NCBI GenBank assembly: GCA_963728245.1 | Contig: CAVSJH010000001.1 | Coordinates: forward strand, 493,154-557,153 | Length of the DNA: 64,000 nt | Reading direction: 5' to 3' | Source: an uncultured Trueperaceae bacterium | Lineage (GTDB): Bacteria; Deinococcota; Deinococci; Deinococcales; Trueperaceae | Part shown: piece after piece, positions 38,184 to 47,455 of the stretch | Layout: the number at the start of each line of letters is the position of its first letter | Position numbering within the stretch: position 1 is the first letter of the stretch | Position numbers and translations under genes: made by a program | The notes under the pieces: generated by a model | Told to the model about the DNA's origin: nothing | The model's input: only the letters and a program-made list of their open reading frames with translations | Databases searched by the model: none

Positions 38184-39418
38184 ACGGCTTCGGGCGCTGG
38201 ACGCTGGTCCTGATCGCGGTCTCGATGGTCTCGTGCGCGTGGGGTCGGATCGACGCCGTGGGCGAGGAGCTCGGCGACGTCCTGCGCGCACCCGGCCTCG
38301 ACCGCCCCACGGCCACGCGCTACGCCGATCCTGCTTGGTACGACCTCGTCGACGTCCGCTGGGCGGAAGGCGGCGAACGCCCGGCGGCTCTCCTGGTCGA
38401 GTTGGCGGCCGTCGACGACGAGCGACCGCTGCTGCAACCGATCGTCGAGGCCTACCTCGTCGACGAAGAGACGCCGTGGCGGACGCTCCTGCCCGGCTCG
38501 AACACGGCGTTGCCCGCGGACCGTGGCTGGTCGGTGGCGGTGCGGGTCACCGCCGACGGCGCCTGGGCCTGGTCTCCGGACGGCGGCACCGCCGTCCCGC
38601 GGCGCCTGGTGGCCACCGTCGAGGACCGCACGATCCGCCTGACGTGGCCCGCCGACCTCCCGACCGAGGGCGGCTGGGTCGCCCTCACCGGCGTCTTCGA
38701 CCCGTTCTCGGAGACCGGGTGGCGATCCTTCGAGCGTGCACCGTCGCCGTGGGCGTTCTCGGCAGCCGATACCGAACGGCCCGTCGTGGACGTCCTCCCA
38801 GGGGGCACCGAGGCGCTCGAAGCGGTCTGGTCGACCGGTCTCTTGCCGCTCCGCCAGCGCGGTGGCCCGGTGGGGCTCGGCTCGGGATGGTGGTGGCTGA
38901 TGGGGCTCGGTCTGGCGTTGGGGGTCGCAGGTCTGGTCTGGCGACGTCGGCCGGTCGCTGCCGCGCCGACCCCACCGGCGCCGCGGCCCGTCGTGGTTCC
39001 GGTGCTGCCCACCCGAGGGGCCGCGAACGTGCCGTCGGCAAGCGCTCCTGCCGCGAGCGCTCCCGTCCCGAGCGCTCCCCTCACGAGCGCGCCTAGACCC
39101 CGTCCCGAGCCACGCTGGACGCCGCTCATCGACGACGCGGAGGCGCCCACCGCTTCGGACGTTGAACCCCTTCGGACCGTCCGCAAGGTGCGCGAGGTCC
39201 GTGTCGAGGTCGCCCCCTTCGGCGCCCCGCCGATGACGGCGACCGGCGATCAGCCGCCGGTCGAACCGCCGGAGGCCGACCTGTCGTCGGCGGAGGACGC
39301 CTTGGACGTGACCGACACCGGCGCCGGGTCCGACGACGCCTCGGCTTCGGAGGACGGCGCGTCTTCGCGTGAGACGCGGGCACCGAGCGACGCCAAGCGT
39401 TCCGCGAAACGTTCGTAG
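38180..39418 (+). CDS. hypothetical lipoprotein-like / single-pass membrane protein with disordered acidic tail
   Basis: ATG 38180 overlaps the yvcK stop (ATGA). Signal peptide with possible lipobox (LIAVSMVSC), a globular domain of about 220 aa, a TM segment (WWWLMGLGLALGVAGLVW), then a Pro/Ala/Ser-rich and acidic tail. Confidence 0.65.
   Translation: MNGFGRWTLVLIAVSMVSCAWGRIDAVGEELGDVLRAPGLDRPTATRYADPAWYDLVDVRWAEGGERPAALLVELAAVDDERPLLQPIVEAYLVDEETPWRTLLPGSNTALPADRGWSVAVRVTADGAWAWSPDGGTAVPRRLVATVEDRTIRLTWPADLPTEGGWVALTGVFDPFSETGWRSFERAPSPWAFSAADTERPVVDVLPGGTEALEAVWSTGLLPLRQRGGPVGLGSGWWWLMGLGLALGVAGLVWRRRPVAAAPTPPAPRPVVVPVLPTRGAANVPSASAPAASAPVPSAPLTSAPRPRPEPRWTPLIDDAEAPTASDVEPLRTVRKVREVRVEVAPFGAPPMTATGDQPPVEPPEADLSSAEDALDVTDTGAGSDDASASEDGASSRETRAPSDAKRSAKRS
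39041..39100 (+). repeat. four tandem 15-bp repeats inside CDS 38180..39418
   Basis: AGCGCTCCTGCCGCG / AGCGCTCCCGTCCCG / AGCGCTCCCCTCACG / AGCGCGCCTAGACCC, encoding SAPAA-SAPVP-SAPLT-SAPRP. Confidence 0.8.
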
Positions 39419-40617
39419 CCCCGGTCGACGAAGGCGAGGCCCGTGACGCGCGAACGCCCTCGGGCCGCGAGGGCGGCGACCACGAGGGCGCCGCCGGCGC
39501 GGATGTCGGCGGCGTGCACGTCGGCGCCGACGAGCCCGCGGCCGCGGATCACCAGGGTGCGGTCCGCCAGATCGAGCCTCGCCCCCATCTTGCGGAGCTC
39601 CTCGACGTGGGTGAAGCGGTCCGGATAGACGCGGTCGCGCACGACGCCCACGCCGGGCACCGTGGCGAGGAACGCGCCGAACGGCGCCTGGAGATCGGTC
39701 GGGACGCCGGGGTACTCCGTGGCGGTGACGTCGATGGCGCGGAGCTCGCCGGTCGCGTCGACCCGCAGGCCGTCGCGTCCCACGTCGACCACGCGGACGC
39801 CCGCCTCGGTCAGCCGCTCCCGCACGGCGCCCAGGTGCTCGGCGCGCACGCCGCGCAAGGTGACGTCGCCACGCGTCGCCGCCGCGGCGAGCATGAACGT
39901 CCCGGCCTCGATCCGGTCCGGGATCGGTCGAAAGCGGACGCCGTGCAGGCGCGCGACACCTTGGACACGGATGCGTGGCGTACCGGCGCCCTCGATGTCG
40001 GCCCCCATCGCCACGAGCAGGTCGGCGAGGTCGGCGATCTCAGGTTCCAGGGCGGCGTTCTCGATCTCGACGCACCCCGTCCCCAAGGCGGAGGCGAGCA
40101 GCACGTTCTGCGTTCCCCCGACCGTGGGCGCCTCGAACACGACGCGGCCCTCGAGCGGCGCGTGACGGCGCGCCACGAAGTCGCCCGCGTCGTCCACGAC
40201 CTCGACACCGATGTCGGCGAACGCCTTGAGATGTCGGTCGACGGGCCTCGGCCCGAAGGCGCAACCGCCGGGCATGGAGATGCGCGCCTCCCCTGCCCGT
40301 GCGAGCAGCGCGCCCATGACGACGAAGCTGGCGCGCATCTTGCTGACGAGACGGTACGGGGCAGCCGTGGTGCGGATCTCGCGTGCCCTCAGGTGGACGT
40401 CCCGGCCGACCCACGAGACCTCAACGCCCACGTGCTCGAGGATCTCGAGGCCCACGAGGACGTCCGAGAGCCGCGGCACGCCTTCGAGCACGACGGCCTC
40501 GTCGGTGAGCAGGCTGGCGAGGATGAGGTACAGCGCCGAGTTCTTGGCGGCGTACACGGACACCTCGCCGGACAGGGGGGTGCCTCCGTCGATCACGAGC
40601 GCGGCGCGTGGGTCCAT
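39250..40617 (-). CDS. murA: UDP-N-acetylglucosamine 1-carboxyvinyltransferase
   Basis: ATG 40617 preceded by GGGAGG. AAKNSALYLILASLL, active-site loop MPGGCAFGPRPVDRH. Carries a C-terminal extension of about 36 aa beyond the usual ...LGARVSRE end. Confidence 0.95.
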   Translation of the reverse strand: MDPRAALVIDGGTPLSGEVSVYAAKNSALYLILASLLTDEAVVLEGVPRLSDVLVGLEILEHVGVEVSWVGRDVHLRAREIRTTAAPYRLVSKMRASFVVMGALLARAGEARISMPGGCAFGPRPVDRHLKAFADIGVEVVDDAGDFVARRHAPLEGRVVFEAPTVGGTQNVLLASALGTGCVEIENAALEPEIADLADLLVAMGADIEGAGTPRIRVQGVARLHGVRFRPIPDRIEAGTFMLAAAATRGDVTLRGVRAEHLGAVRERLTEAGVRVVDVGRDGLRVDATGELRAIDVTATEYPGVPTDLQAPFGAFLATVPGVGVVRDRVYPDRFTHVEELRKMGARLDLADRTLVIRGRGLVGADVHAADIRAGGALVVAALAARGRSRVTGLAFVDRGYERFAERLASLGARVSREDAPSSEAEASSDPAPVSVTSKASSADDRSASGGSTGG

Positions 40618-40642
40618 GCGTCCTCCCGAACGGTCGCGAACG

Positions 40643-40675
40643 TCCAACACGCGTTGGATGCACACGATGTGTATC
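40643..40675. promoter_or_regulatory. two adjacent palindromes in the murA / RHH divergent intergenic region (candidate operators)
   Basis: TCCAAC-ACGC-GTTGGA (40643-40658, perfect). GATGCACA-CGA-TGTGTATC (40657-40675, one mismatch). This is the most AT-rich stretch of the window. Confidence 0.4.
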
Positions 40676-40678
40676 ATC

Positions 40679-40707
40679 AGTCTACCGCTGGGTCTACGTT
40701 GGGTCAA
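40679..40707 (-). promoter_or_regulatory. candidate murA promoter
   Basis: Minus strand: TTGACC, 17-nt spacer, TAGACT (preceded by GG), about 60 nt upstream of the murA ATG. Confidence 0.5.
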
Positions 40708-40746
40708 CTCGATGCGTACCCTACGTCACATGCTAGGATGAGCGAA

Positions 40747-41001
40747 ATGAGGCGGTCCCGGACGCACCGCGCCGCCGCGGAGGACCACGTGCCGAAGCTG
40801 AGCAAGAGCAAGCGCTTGCAGGTCGTGATCAGCGAGGAACAGGATTCGCTGCTGACCAAGACCGCCTACCACCTCTCGAACCCGGAACGCCTCGTGTCGA
40901 AGTCGGAGGTCGTGCGCTTGGGCATCGAGATGCTCAACCGCGCGGTCGAGGCCGGGCACCTCGATCCCGCCCTCCTCGAGGGGCTCGACGAGACGACCTG
41001 A
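40747..41001 (+). CDS. ribbon-helix-helix (CopG/Arc/MetJ-like) DNA-binding protein
   Basis: ATG 40747 lies 7 nt after a TAGGAT box; ATG 40738 is an alternative. RHH pattern KRLQVVISEEQDSLLTKTAYHL...SKSEVVRLGIEMLNRAV. The stop is 3 nt before the kinase start. Confidence 0.65.
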   Translation: MRRSRTHRAAAEDHVPKLSKSKRLQVVISEEQDSLLTKTAYHLSNPERLVSKSEVVRLGIEMLNRAVEAGHLDPALLEGLDETT

Positions 41002-41004
41002 GCC

Positions 41005-42861
41005 GTGTTCCATCCCGGCGACGTCATCGACGGGCGCTACGACGTGTTGGGCCCGCTCGGTCAGGGTGGCATGGGGCACGTCTTCCGCGCCCAGGACCGG
41101 CGGCTCGAGCGCACGGTCGCGCTCAAGGTCCTCCGTCCGCATCTGACCGAGACCGACGCCGACCGCTTCCGGCGTGAGATCCGCGCCCTGGCGCGCCTGA
41201 ACCACCCTGCGATCGTCTCGATCTACGACCTGGGCGAGGGTGAGCACGTCTACTTCGCCATGGAACTCGTCGACGGTGGCACCATCCCCGACCTCGGACC
41301 GATCGTCGACGACCCCGAACCCTTCGCCGCGCTCCTCGACGCCGCCGCAGAGGTCGCCGACGCGCTCGCCTACGTGCACCGGCTGGGGATGGTGCACCGG
41401 GACCTGACGCCGCGCAACATCCTGCTCACGGAGGGTGGTCGGCCGAAGGTGATGGACTTCGGTCTCGTGCAGCTCACCGAGACGTCCCGGCAGTTGACGC
41501 GCACGGGCTCCACCTTGGGGACCCCGCAGTACATGGCGCCGGAGCAGGCGACCGGCGACGCCACCGGCGCCGCGACCGACCTCTACGCCTTCGGCGCCGT
41601 CTTGTACCGCACCGTCACCGGCGTCGCCCCCTTCGACGCCGAGAACGACCAGGCGATCATGTACCAGCACGTCTACCACGACGCCAGCGCCGCCCACGAG
41701 GTCAACCCGGGGGTCCCACGGGCGCTGTCGCGGTTGCTGGCGCGCATGCTCGCGAAACGACCGTCCGAGCGTCCGCCGTCCGCCGCGGTCGTCGCCGACG
41801 CGCTGCGGGCGATCCGCGCCGACGGCCTCGCGCGCGCCGCTCGTCGCCCCCACGCCGGCGGCGGCCACCGCAACGCCTTCCCGTCGGGCATCGCCGACGC
41901 CACCGCGCTGCGACCCGTGTGGCAAGTGCGCCTCGAAGAGGGCCCCCAGTGGCCCGCGGGCCTCGCGGCCGCCGACGGCTTCCTGCTCGTGGGACAACGT
42001 GCGGACGCGCTGGCCGTCCTGCGACCCGACGACGGCTTCGTCCACGCCCGCTTCGAGCTCGCCGACGAGGTGAGCGCGCCGCCGCTGGTGACGGAGGGCC
42101 GCCTGTGGCTGGCGGCGCGCGACGGTTCGCTCCAGGCGCTCGATTGGCCCGCCGGGGAGCGGCTCTGGCTCGAACCGGGCGTCGACGCCGTGGGGCTCAC
42201 GGGAACCGGCACCGACGTCCTCGTCGCGCGGCGCGACGGCCGCCTCGAACGCTGGGGGGCGGGTCCGCGCGAGGTGCGGTGGCGCGTGGACCTCGGCGCA
42301 CCGGCCTCGACGCCGCCCACCGTGCACGGGCGCATGGTGGTCGTGGCCGCCGACGACGGCTGGTTGCATGCCTTCGACGCCAGCGACGGGACCGCGCGCT
42401 TCCGGGTCGACGTCGGGCCCATGGTGGCGCCGCCCGTGTCGGCGGGCAAACTGCTCCTGTTGCCCACGCGAGCGGGCGAACTGCACGCGTTCGACGCCGA
42501 CGCGCACGAGGTCCGCTGGACGTACGACGTCGAGGGTGAGCTGTGGGCGCCACCTGCCGTCGGCGGTCGGTACGTGTTCGTGGCCTCTTGGGGGCCCCGC
42601 CTCCACGCGCTCCTGCTGCGTTCGGGTGACGACGCCTGGTCGGCGCCGCTCACCCATCCGGTCACGGCCGCCCCCGTCGTGGCCGGCGGGACGCTCTACG
42701 TCGCCAACGAGGGCGGTGAGCTGCTGGCGTTCGATGCCCGCAGCGGCGCCGAGCTGGCCCGGCACCGCGTGGCGCCGGGCGCCGTCCAGGCGAGCCCGTT
42801 GCCCGTGGGCGACGCGATCGTCGTCGCCGCGCTCGACGGCACGATCACCTGCTTGCGCTGA
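41005..42861 (+). CDS. Hanks-type Ser/Thr protein kinase with C-terminal PQQ-like beta-propeller repeats
   Basis: 618-aa ORF with GQGGMGHVFRA, HRDLTPRNIL, DFGL and YMAPE. The C-terminal half has repeated motifs such as DGSLQALD, DGWLHAFDASDG and GGELLAFDARSG. No TM segment is seen. Confidence 0.9.
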   Translation: MFHPGDVIDGRYDVLGPLGQGGMGHVFRAQDRRLERTVALKVLRPHLTETDADRFRREIRALARLNHPAIVSIYDLGEGEHVYFAMELVDGGTIPDLGPIVDDPEPFAALLDAAAEVADALAYVHRLGMVHRDLTPRNILLTEGGRPKVMDFGLVQLTETSRQLTRTGSTLGTPQYMAPEQATGDATGAATDLYAFGAVLYRTVTGVAPFDAENDQAIMYQHVYHDASAAHEVNPGVPRALSRLLARMLAKRPSERPPSAAVVADALRAIRADGLARAARRPHAGGGHRNAFPSGIADATALRPVWQVRLEEGPQWPAGLAAADGFLLVGQRADALAVLRPDDGFVHARFELADEVSAPPLVTEGRLWLAARDGSLQALDWPAGERLWLEPGVDAVGLTGTGTDVLVARRDGRLERWGAGPREVRWRVDLGAPASTPPTVHGRMVVVAADDGWLHAFDASDGTARFRVDVGPMVAPPVSAGKLLLLPTRAGELHAFDADAHEVRWTYDVEGELWAPPAVGGRYVFVASWGPRLHALLLRSGDDAWSAPLTHPVTAAPVVAGGTLYVANEGGELLAFDARSGAELARHRVAPGAVQASPLPVGDAIVVAALDGTITCLR

Positions 42862-45800
42862 ACGGCGCCGGCGGCACGAAGGGCGGCGTCGTCCCGAGCG
42901 CCGACAGCCGGGCGGTCGCCTGCTCCACGCCCGTCGAGGCCGGATCGATCTGGCCCGCCTCGGCCGCTTTCGGGGCCACGCGTCGGAACCGAGCGGGGTC
43001 GGCGCCGGACGCCAGCCAGGCGCCGGCGACCCGGGAGCCGGTCAGGGCCGCGTGACGCTCGACCAGCCCGCGCAGCAACGCCAGGTCGGTGCCGTCGAGC
43101 TCGCCCACGCCGACCATGCCTGGGTTGACGAGGTCCTCGAGTCGACCGTCGTCCCAGAGGTAGGCCACGCCGCCCGACATCCCGGCCCCGAAGTTCTGAC
43201 CCACGGGTCCGAGGACGACGACGGCCCCACCGGTCATGTACTCGGCGCCGTGATCGCCGCAGCCTTCGACCACGACGACGGCGCCCGAGTTGCGCACGGC
43301 GAGGCGTTCGCCGGCCTGACCGGCCGCGAACAGTCCCCCGCCCGTCGCGCCGTACAGCGCGGTGTTGCCGAGGATGACGCTGCGGTCGATCGACAGGTCG
43401 TCGGCGTCGGAGGGCCGGACGACCAGTTCGCCGCCGCTCATGCCCTTGCCGACGTAGTCCTGCGCCTCCCCCACCAGCGTGAGCCGCATGCCGGCGACGG
43501 CGAAGGCGCCGAAGCTCTGCCCCGCCGCGCCGCGGAAGCGCAGCCGCACCGACCCGGCCGGGAGCCCCTCGTCGCCGTGGCGGCCTGCGATCGCACCGGC
43601 CAGGCGAGCGCCGAGCGACCGGTCGCGGTTGCTGACGGCGTAGGAGCGCTCGACGGTCTTCCCTTCCTCGAGGGCGGGTTGCGCGTCGCGCCACAGCTGT
43701 TCGTCGAGCGGCTCGTCGCCGGGGCGATCGTTGCGGACCTCGCCGTCCGCGCCGCGCACGCCCTTGCGTGCCAACGTCCCGGACGGGTCGGGATCGCGCA
43801 GCAGCGCGCCCAGGTCGAGCCGGGCGGGCCGCGCGAGCGGCACGTCGCGCTCGGCCAGCAGGTCGACCCGCCCGACGAGCTCGTCGAGCGAACGCGCCCC
43901 CAAGCGGGCGAGCAGCAGACGCACCTGTTGCGCCACGTAGGTCATGAAGCGCATCACGTGCTCCGGCTCGCCCGTGTACTTCGCCCGCAGGTCCAGACGC
44001 TGGGTGGCGATGCCCACCGGGCAGGTGTTGAGGTGACACTGCCGGATCATCGAGCAGCCGGCGGCCACCAGCGCCGCGGTTCCGAAGCCGAACGCCTCGG
44101 CGCCCAACAGTGCCGCGACGACGACGTCGCGACCCGTCTTGAGCCCGCCGTCCACGCGTAGCGTCACGCGACCGCGTAGACCGTTCCGGACCAGGACCTG
44201 TTGCGTCTCCGCCAGGCCGAGCTCCCAGGGCACGCCGGCGTGTTTGATGCTCGAGAGTGGCGAGGCGCCCGTGCCACCGTCGTAGCCCGACACCTGGACG
44301 TTGTCTGCGTAGCCCTTCACGACCCCCGCCGCGATCGTGCCGACGCCCGACGTGGCCACCAGCTTGACGCCGACGCGGGCGGCGGGATGCACCCGTTTGA
44401 GGTCGTAGATCAGCTGGGCCAGGTCTTCGATCGAGTAGATGTCGTGGTGCGGCGGTGGCGAGATGAGCGTGACGCCCGGGACACTGCGCCGGATGCGCGC
44501 GATCTCGTCGTTCACCTTGTGGCCCGGGATCTGGCCCCCTTCGCCCGGTTTCGACCCCTGCGCCATCTTGATCTCGAGCTCGCTGGCCGAGACCAGGTAC
44601 GCGGCGGTCACGCCGAAGCGGCCCGAGGCGATCTGCTTGATCGCGCTGTTGCCCCAATCGCCCGCCTTCGGGTACCAACCTCCGTGGCCGAGCGTGTCCT
44701 GATCTCGGTCGTACGGCGCGAAGCGCGTCGCGTCCTCGCCCCCTTCGCCGGAGTTGCTCTTGGCACCCAACCGGTTCATTGCCACCGCCAGGGTCTCGTG
44801 GACCTCGCGCGAGACGGAGCCGTGGCTCATCGCCTGGGTGGAGAAGCGCCGCACGATCGCCGCGACGTCTTCGACCTCGTCCAGCGGTACCGGCTCGCCG
44901 AGGGGTCGCGGTTCGAGCAGGTCGCGCAGGTTGGTGGGCGCGCGCTCGTCGACCTGCCGGGCGTACTCGTCGTACGCGGCGTCGTCGCCCGTGCGCACGG
45001 CCTTGTGGAGCGCCTTGAACACCAGCGGGTTGAGCGCGTGGTACTCGCCCGCCTTGCGGAAGCGGTAGATGCCTCGGTCGCGCAGGGCCGCGTCCTCGCC
45101 GAAGGCTTCGGCGTGGAAGCGCAGCACGTCGATCGCGAACGCGCTCAGGCCGGCGCCGCCGATCCGACTCGTCGTGCCCGTGAAGTAGCGGTCGATCACG
45201 TCACCGTCGACGCCGATCGCCTCGAAGATCTGCGCGCCACGGTAACTCGACAGCGCCGAGATGCCCATCTTGGACATGATCTTGAGCAGGCCCTTGTCGA
45301 GGGCGCCGACGTACCGGGCGGTGGCGACGTCGGGTGGACACAGGGGGCCGCCCTTGGCGGTCGCCGCGAGCGCCCGCACGGAGGCCAGCGCGAGGTACGG
45401 GTGCACGAGGGCCACACCGAAGCCGACCAGGCACGCCACGTGGTGGTCCTCGCGGACCTCGCCGGTGTCGGCCACGAGCGCCGTGCGGGTGCGTCGACCG
45501 GCCCGCAGCAGACGCTGGTGCACGGCGGAGACGGCGAGGAGCATCGGGATCGGTGCGTGGTCGGCGTCGGCGTGCCGGTCGGAGACCACGATCACACCGT
45601 GGCCGGCCTCCACCGCCTCGACCGCTTCGTCACAGAGCGCCTCGAGCGCCGGCTCGAGCCCTTCGGGACCGTCGGCCACGTGCCAGCGGGCCGCGAGCGT
45701 CTTGGGTCGGAAGGCCGCACGCTCGAGGAGCCAGGCGAACTGGGCCTCGTCGATCACGGGCCCGTCGAAGTGGAGCACGGAGGCCGAGGCAGCGACCTCG

Positions 45801-47455
45801 TCGAGCAGCCGACCGCGCGGTCCCAGCACCGTCTCGAGCGACATGACGCGGCGTTCGCGCAGCGGGTCGATGGGCGGGTTGGTCACCTGCGCGAAGCGCT
45901 GTTTGAAGTATCGGTACAGGCTCTGCGGTTGCTCCGACAGCACCGCCAAGGGCGTATCGTCGCCCATCGACCCGATGGCGACCTCGCCCCCCGAGACCAT
46001 CGGCTCCAGCACCCGGTCGACGTCTTCCGCCGAGTAACCGTAGAGCTTCTGCGTCCGCGCCAGCCCCTCCGGCGTCCAGGCCGCCGTCGTCCCGGCCACG
46101 GCGGGCAGCGTCCCGAGGCCGGGCGCGCGGATCAGGTGCTGGTCCACCCAGGCCCGGTACGGGGCGCGGCGTGCCAGCCGTCGCTTCACGTCGGCGTTGC
46201 GCAAGAGCTCACCCGTCTCGACGTCGACCGCCAGGACCTGTCCGGGCCCCAGCCGACCGCGCTCGATGACGCGTCGGTCGGGGAGCGGCACGAGCCCCGC
46301 TTCGGACCCGACCACGACCAAGCCGTCCTCGGTGATCGAGAAGCGCTGCGGTCGCAGGCCGTTGCGGTCGAGGGCGGCGATCGCGAAGCGGCCGTCCGAC
46401 ACGGCCAACGCCGCCGGCCCGTCCCATGGCTCCATGAGCGTGGCGTGGTGCTCGTAGAAGCCGCGCAGATCCGGGTCCATCGTCTCGTCGTTCTCGAACG
46501 CCTCGGGCACCAGCATCGCGAGCGCCTGCAGCGGATCGCGACCGGCCAACGTCAGCAGCTCGAAGGCGTTGTCGAGGGCGGCCGAATCCGACCCTCCCGG
46601 TTCGATGATCGGCATGAGCTCGGAGATCGCGTCCCCGAACACGTCACTCTGCAGCACCGGTTCGCGCGAGCGCATGAAGTTCACGTTGCCCTGGAGCGTG
46701 TTGATCTCACCGTTGTGGGCCAAGAAGCGGAACGGCTGCGCCAGCGACCAGCGCGGCAGCGTGTTGGTGCTGTAGCGCTCGTGGAACAGCGCCAACGACG
46801 TGACGTAATCGGGGTCGGCCAGGTCGCGGTAGAACGTCGCCAGGGCGTCGCCCACCATCAGCCCCTTGTAGACGATCGTGCGGCTCGAGAACGAGGGCAC
46901 GTAGGTGCGTCCCAGGCCCGCGGCCCGCAGCCGCCGCTCGATGCGCTTGCGCGTCAGGTAGAGCAGGCGCTCGTACGAGAGCGCGTCCATGCCGTCGGGT
47001 CGCTGCACCAGCACCTGACGCATGACGGGTCGACGTGCCCGGGCTTCGGTGCCCAGCGCGCCGTCGTCGATGGGGGGATCGCGCCAGGCGAGCACCCGCA
47101 GCACGCTGTCGCGCAACACCGCGTCGATCGTCCCGTAGACCTCGTCGACCGGACCGTCGTTGGCCACGAAGAAGACACCGACGCCGAGCTCGCCGTCCTC
47201 GCCGAAGGCGATGCCCGCGTCGGTCAGCTCACGCCGGAACAGCGCGTGCGGGACCTGCGTGAGCACGCCTGCCCCGTCGCCCGTCCGGCCGTCGGCCGAG
47301 ACGGCGCCGCGGTGCGCGAGGTTGCGAAGCGCGGCGAGCGCGTGGTCGAGCACCGCACGACGCGGCCGCCGCTCGAGGGTGGCGATGAAGCCGACCCCAC
47401 AGGCGTCGCGCTCGTCGGGCCAGGCGAGACGTCGGACGTCCGAGTACTCGGGCAT
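42845..47455 (-). CDS. gltB: glutamate synthase large subunit
   Basis: ATG 47455 (AAAGGA upstream) in ORF 42845..47623. N-terminal Ntn amidotransferase ERDACGVGF, plus FMN/Fe-S and GXGXG domains. 1536 aa. Confidence 0.96.
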   Translation of the reverse strand: MPEYSDVRRLAWPDERDACGVGFIATLERRPRRAVLDHALAALRNLAHRGAVSADGRTGDGAGVLTQVPHALFRRELTDAGIAFGEDGELGVGVFFVANDGPVDEVYGTIDAVLRDSVLRVLAWRDPPIDDGALGTEARARRPVMRQVLVQRPDGMDALSYERLLYLTRKRIERRLRAAGLGRTYVPSFSSRTIVYKGLMVGDALATFYRDLADPDYVTSLALFHERYSTNTLPRWSLAQPFRFLAHNGEINTLQGNVNFMRSREPVLQSDVFGDAISELMPIIEPGGSDSAALDNAFELLTLAGRDPLQALAMLVPEAFENDETMDPDLRGFYEHHATLMEPWDGPAALAVSDGRFAIAALDRNGLRPQRFSITEDGLVVVGSEAGLVPLPDRRVIERGRLGPGQVLAVDVETGELLRNADVKRRLARRAPYRAWVDQHLIRAPGLGTLPAVAGTTAAWTPEGLARTQKLYGYSAEDVDRVLEPMVSGGEVAIGSMGDDTPLAVLSEQPQSLYRYFKQRFAQVTNPPIDPLRERRVMSLETVLGPRGRLLDEVAASASVLHFDGPVIDEAQFAWLLERAAFRPKTLAARWHVADGPEGLEPALEALCDEAVEAVEAGHGVIVVSDRHADADHAPIPMLLAVSAVHQRLLRAGRRTRTALVADTGEVREDHHVACLVGFGVALVHPYLALASVRALAATAKGGPLCPPDVATARYVGALDKGLLKIMSKMGISALSSYRGAQIFEAIGVDGDVIDRYFTGTTSRIGGAGLSAFAIDVLRFHAEAFGEDAALRDRGIYRFRKAGEYHALNPLVFKALHKAVRTGDDAAYDEYARQVDERAPTNLRDLLEPRPLGEPVPLDEVEDVAAIVRRFSTQAMSHGSVSREVHETLAVAMNRLGAKSNSGEGGEDATRFAPYDRDQDTLGHGGWYPKAGDWGNSAIKQIASGRFGVTAAYLVSASELEIKMAQGSKPGEGGQIPGHKVNDEIARIRRSVPGVTLISPPPHHDIYSIEDLAQLIYDLKRVHPAARVGVKLVATSGVGTIAAGVVKGYADNVQVSGYDGGTGASPLSSIKHAGVPWELGLAETQQVLVRNGLRGRVTLRVDGGLKTGRDVVVAALLGAEAFGFGTAALVAAGCSMIRQCHLNTCPVGIATQRLDLRAKYTGEPEHVMRFMTYVAQQVRLLLARLGARSLDELVGRVDLLAERDVPLARPARLDLGALLRDPDPSGTLARKGVRGADGEVRNDRPGDEPLDEQLWRDAQPALEEGKTVERSYAVSNRDRSLGARLAGAIAGRHGDEGLPAGSVRLRFRGAAGQSFGAFAVAGMRLTLVGEAQDYVGKGMSGGELVVRPSDADDLSIDRSVILGNTALYGATGGGLFAAGQAGERLAVRNSGAVVVVEGCGDHGAEYMTGGAVVVLGPVGQNFGAGMSGGVAYLWDDGRLEDLVNPGMVGVGELDGTDLALLRGLVERHAALTGSRVAGAWLASGADPARFRRVAPKAAEAGQIDPASTGVEQATARLSALGTTPPFVPPAPFSASR

